Positions 63,594 to 64,000 of a DNA stretch of 64,000 nucleotides are shown in pieces. This stretch comes from Pseudomonadota bacterium (lineage in GTDB: Bacteria; Myxococcota_A; UBA796; SXON01). A program made the translations under genes and the position numbers. Every line of letters starts with the position of its first letter. Within the stretch, counting starts at the first letter, position 1. The DNA is taken from positions 6,469 through 70,468 of the forward strand of contig JBDLRI010000078.1 in NCBI GenBank assembly GCA_039800105.1. Direction: 5' to 3'. The notes under the pieces are model-generated. The model was not told where the DNA came from and made no database searches. It worked only from the letters and a program-made list of their open reading frames with translations.

Positions 63594-64000
63594 GTGCAGC
63601 GATTCCGTATCACCGACCGCATCCGCGGATCCGTCGAGGTCGAAGCCGCCAACTGGATGTCCGCCCTGGGCGAGGGGCTCGCGCGACTCGGAATCGACCC
63701 GCAGTTGGATCGCATCTCGGCCGAGGCGCTTCCGAGTGGGCAGATGTTCGTCCGCGACGTTCGCACCGGCGCGGCGTATGCCGTGCTCCCGTTGGAGACG
63801 GTCGGCGACCACACCGAGGAGGTGGACCTCTCCGAGGAGATCGTCGTCGCCGACGTGGCGCCCGCGAGCGCCGTCGACGAGGCCGAGGAGATCCGGCACG
63901 CGCCCACCCGCGAGCACGCCCTGTACCAGGCCCTCGACGCGGCGCGCGCGCTCGTCCCCTGCGAGGGGGGCTCCATCCTGCTGGTGCAGCCCGACGGGAC
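63594..64000 (+). CDS. hypothetical protein, probable start of a GAF domain (3' end outside the window)
   Basis: Not in the ORF track because it has no stop in the window. GTG 63594 with GAGGA at 6-nt spacing and strong GC3. ...LYQALDAARALVPCEGGSILLVQPDG resembles the first GAF strand. Confidence 0.45.
   Translation, partial: MQRFRITDRIRGSVEVEAANWMSALGEGLARLGIDPQLDRISAEALPSGQMFVRDVRTGAAYAVLPLETVGDHTEEVDLSEEIVVADVAPASAVDEAEEIRHAPTREHALYQALDAARALVPCEGGSILLVQPDG

Overview
This is a very GC-rich bacterial chromosome segment. Third codon positions are almost all G/C, so the six-frame track is full of long spurious antisense and read-through ORFs. I resolved genes by eye from conserved motifs, lipoboxes and signal peptides, RBSs, and 4-nt start/stop overlaps; I ran no database or HMM search.

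I call 56 CDSs, one tRNA-Gly(GCC) followed by a textbook intrinsic terminator, two tentative sigma70-like promoters, and ten dispersed repeat elements.

Gene content is mostly housekeeping plus cell-envelope functions:
- paired M16 peptidases
- a complete iscS-iscU-iscA-hscB-hscA-fdx operon headed by a MerR-type regulator
- CCA-adding enzyme, Tgt, TrxC, ornithine aminotransferase, adenosine deaminase and Kbl
- two tandem IDH-like dehydrogenases
- a GldA/F/G-like ABC-2 exporter
- a TSP3-repeat OmpA protein
- two paralogous FG-GAP lipoproteins
- an M23 peptidase with a MYXO-CTERM-like tail
- two radical SAM proteins and a class III cyclase

The lineage guess is Myxococcota-like, which is inference only. 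I found no CRISPR, integrase, transposase, reverse transcriptase or recognisable phage-defence genes.

The most unusual things seen:
1. An unnamed family of G/C-only hairpin repeats. There are six short copies, four of them in frame inside genes (one forms the C-terminus of HscA). There are also long, deleted and truncated relatives carrying internal UUCG hairpins.
2. A 202-bp element with perfect 19-bp terminal inverted repeats and TA flanks. Its ends supply the TAG stops of two convergent genes.
3. A divergent envelope locus (52835-61263). It combines coiled-coil and TPR proteins with a pseudo-receiver, an FG-GAP lipoprotein, a secreted protein, an M23/MYXO-CTERM peptidase and a sigma4/zf-HC2/TM fusion protein.
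4. Several gene-level oddities: a tetracysteine MerR in place of IscR, a zinc-finger HscB, a pseudokinase-PP2C fusion, cyclase-DUF155 coupling, and a carbamoyltransferase/diiron/DUF5989 cassette.
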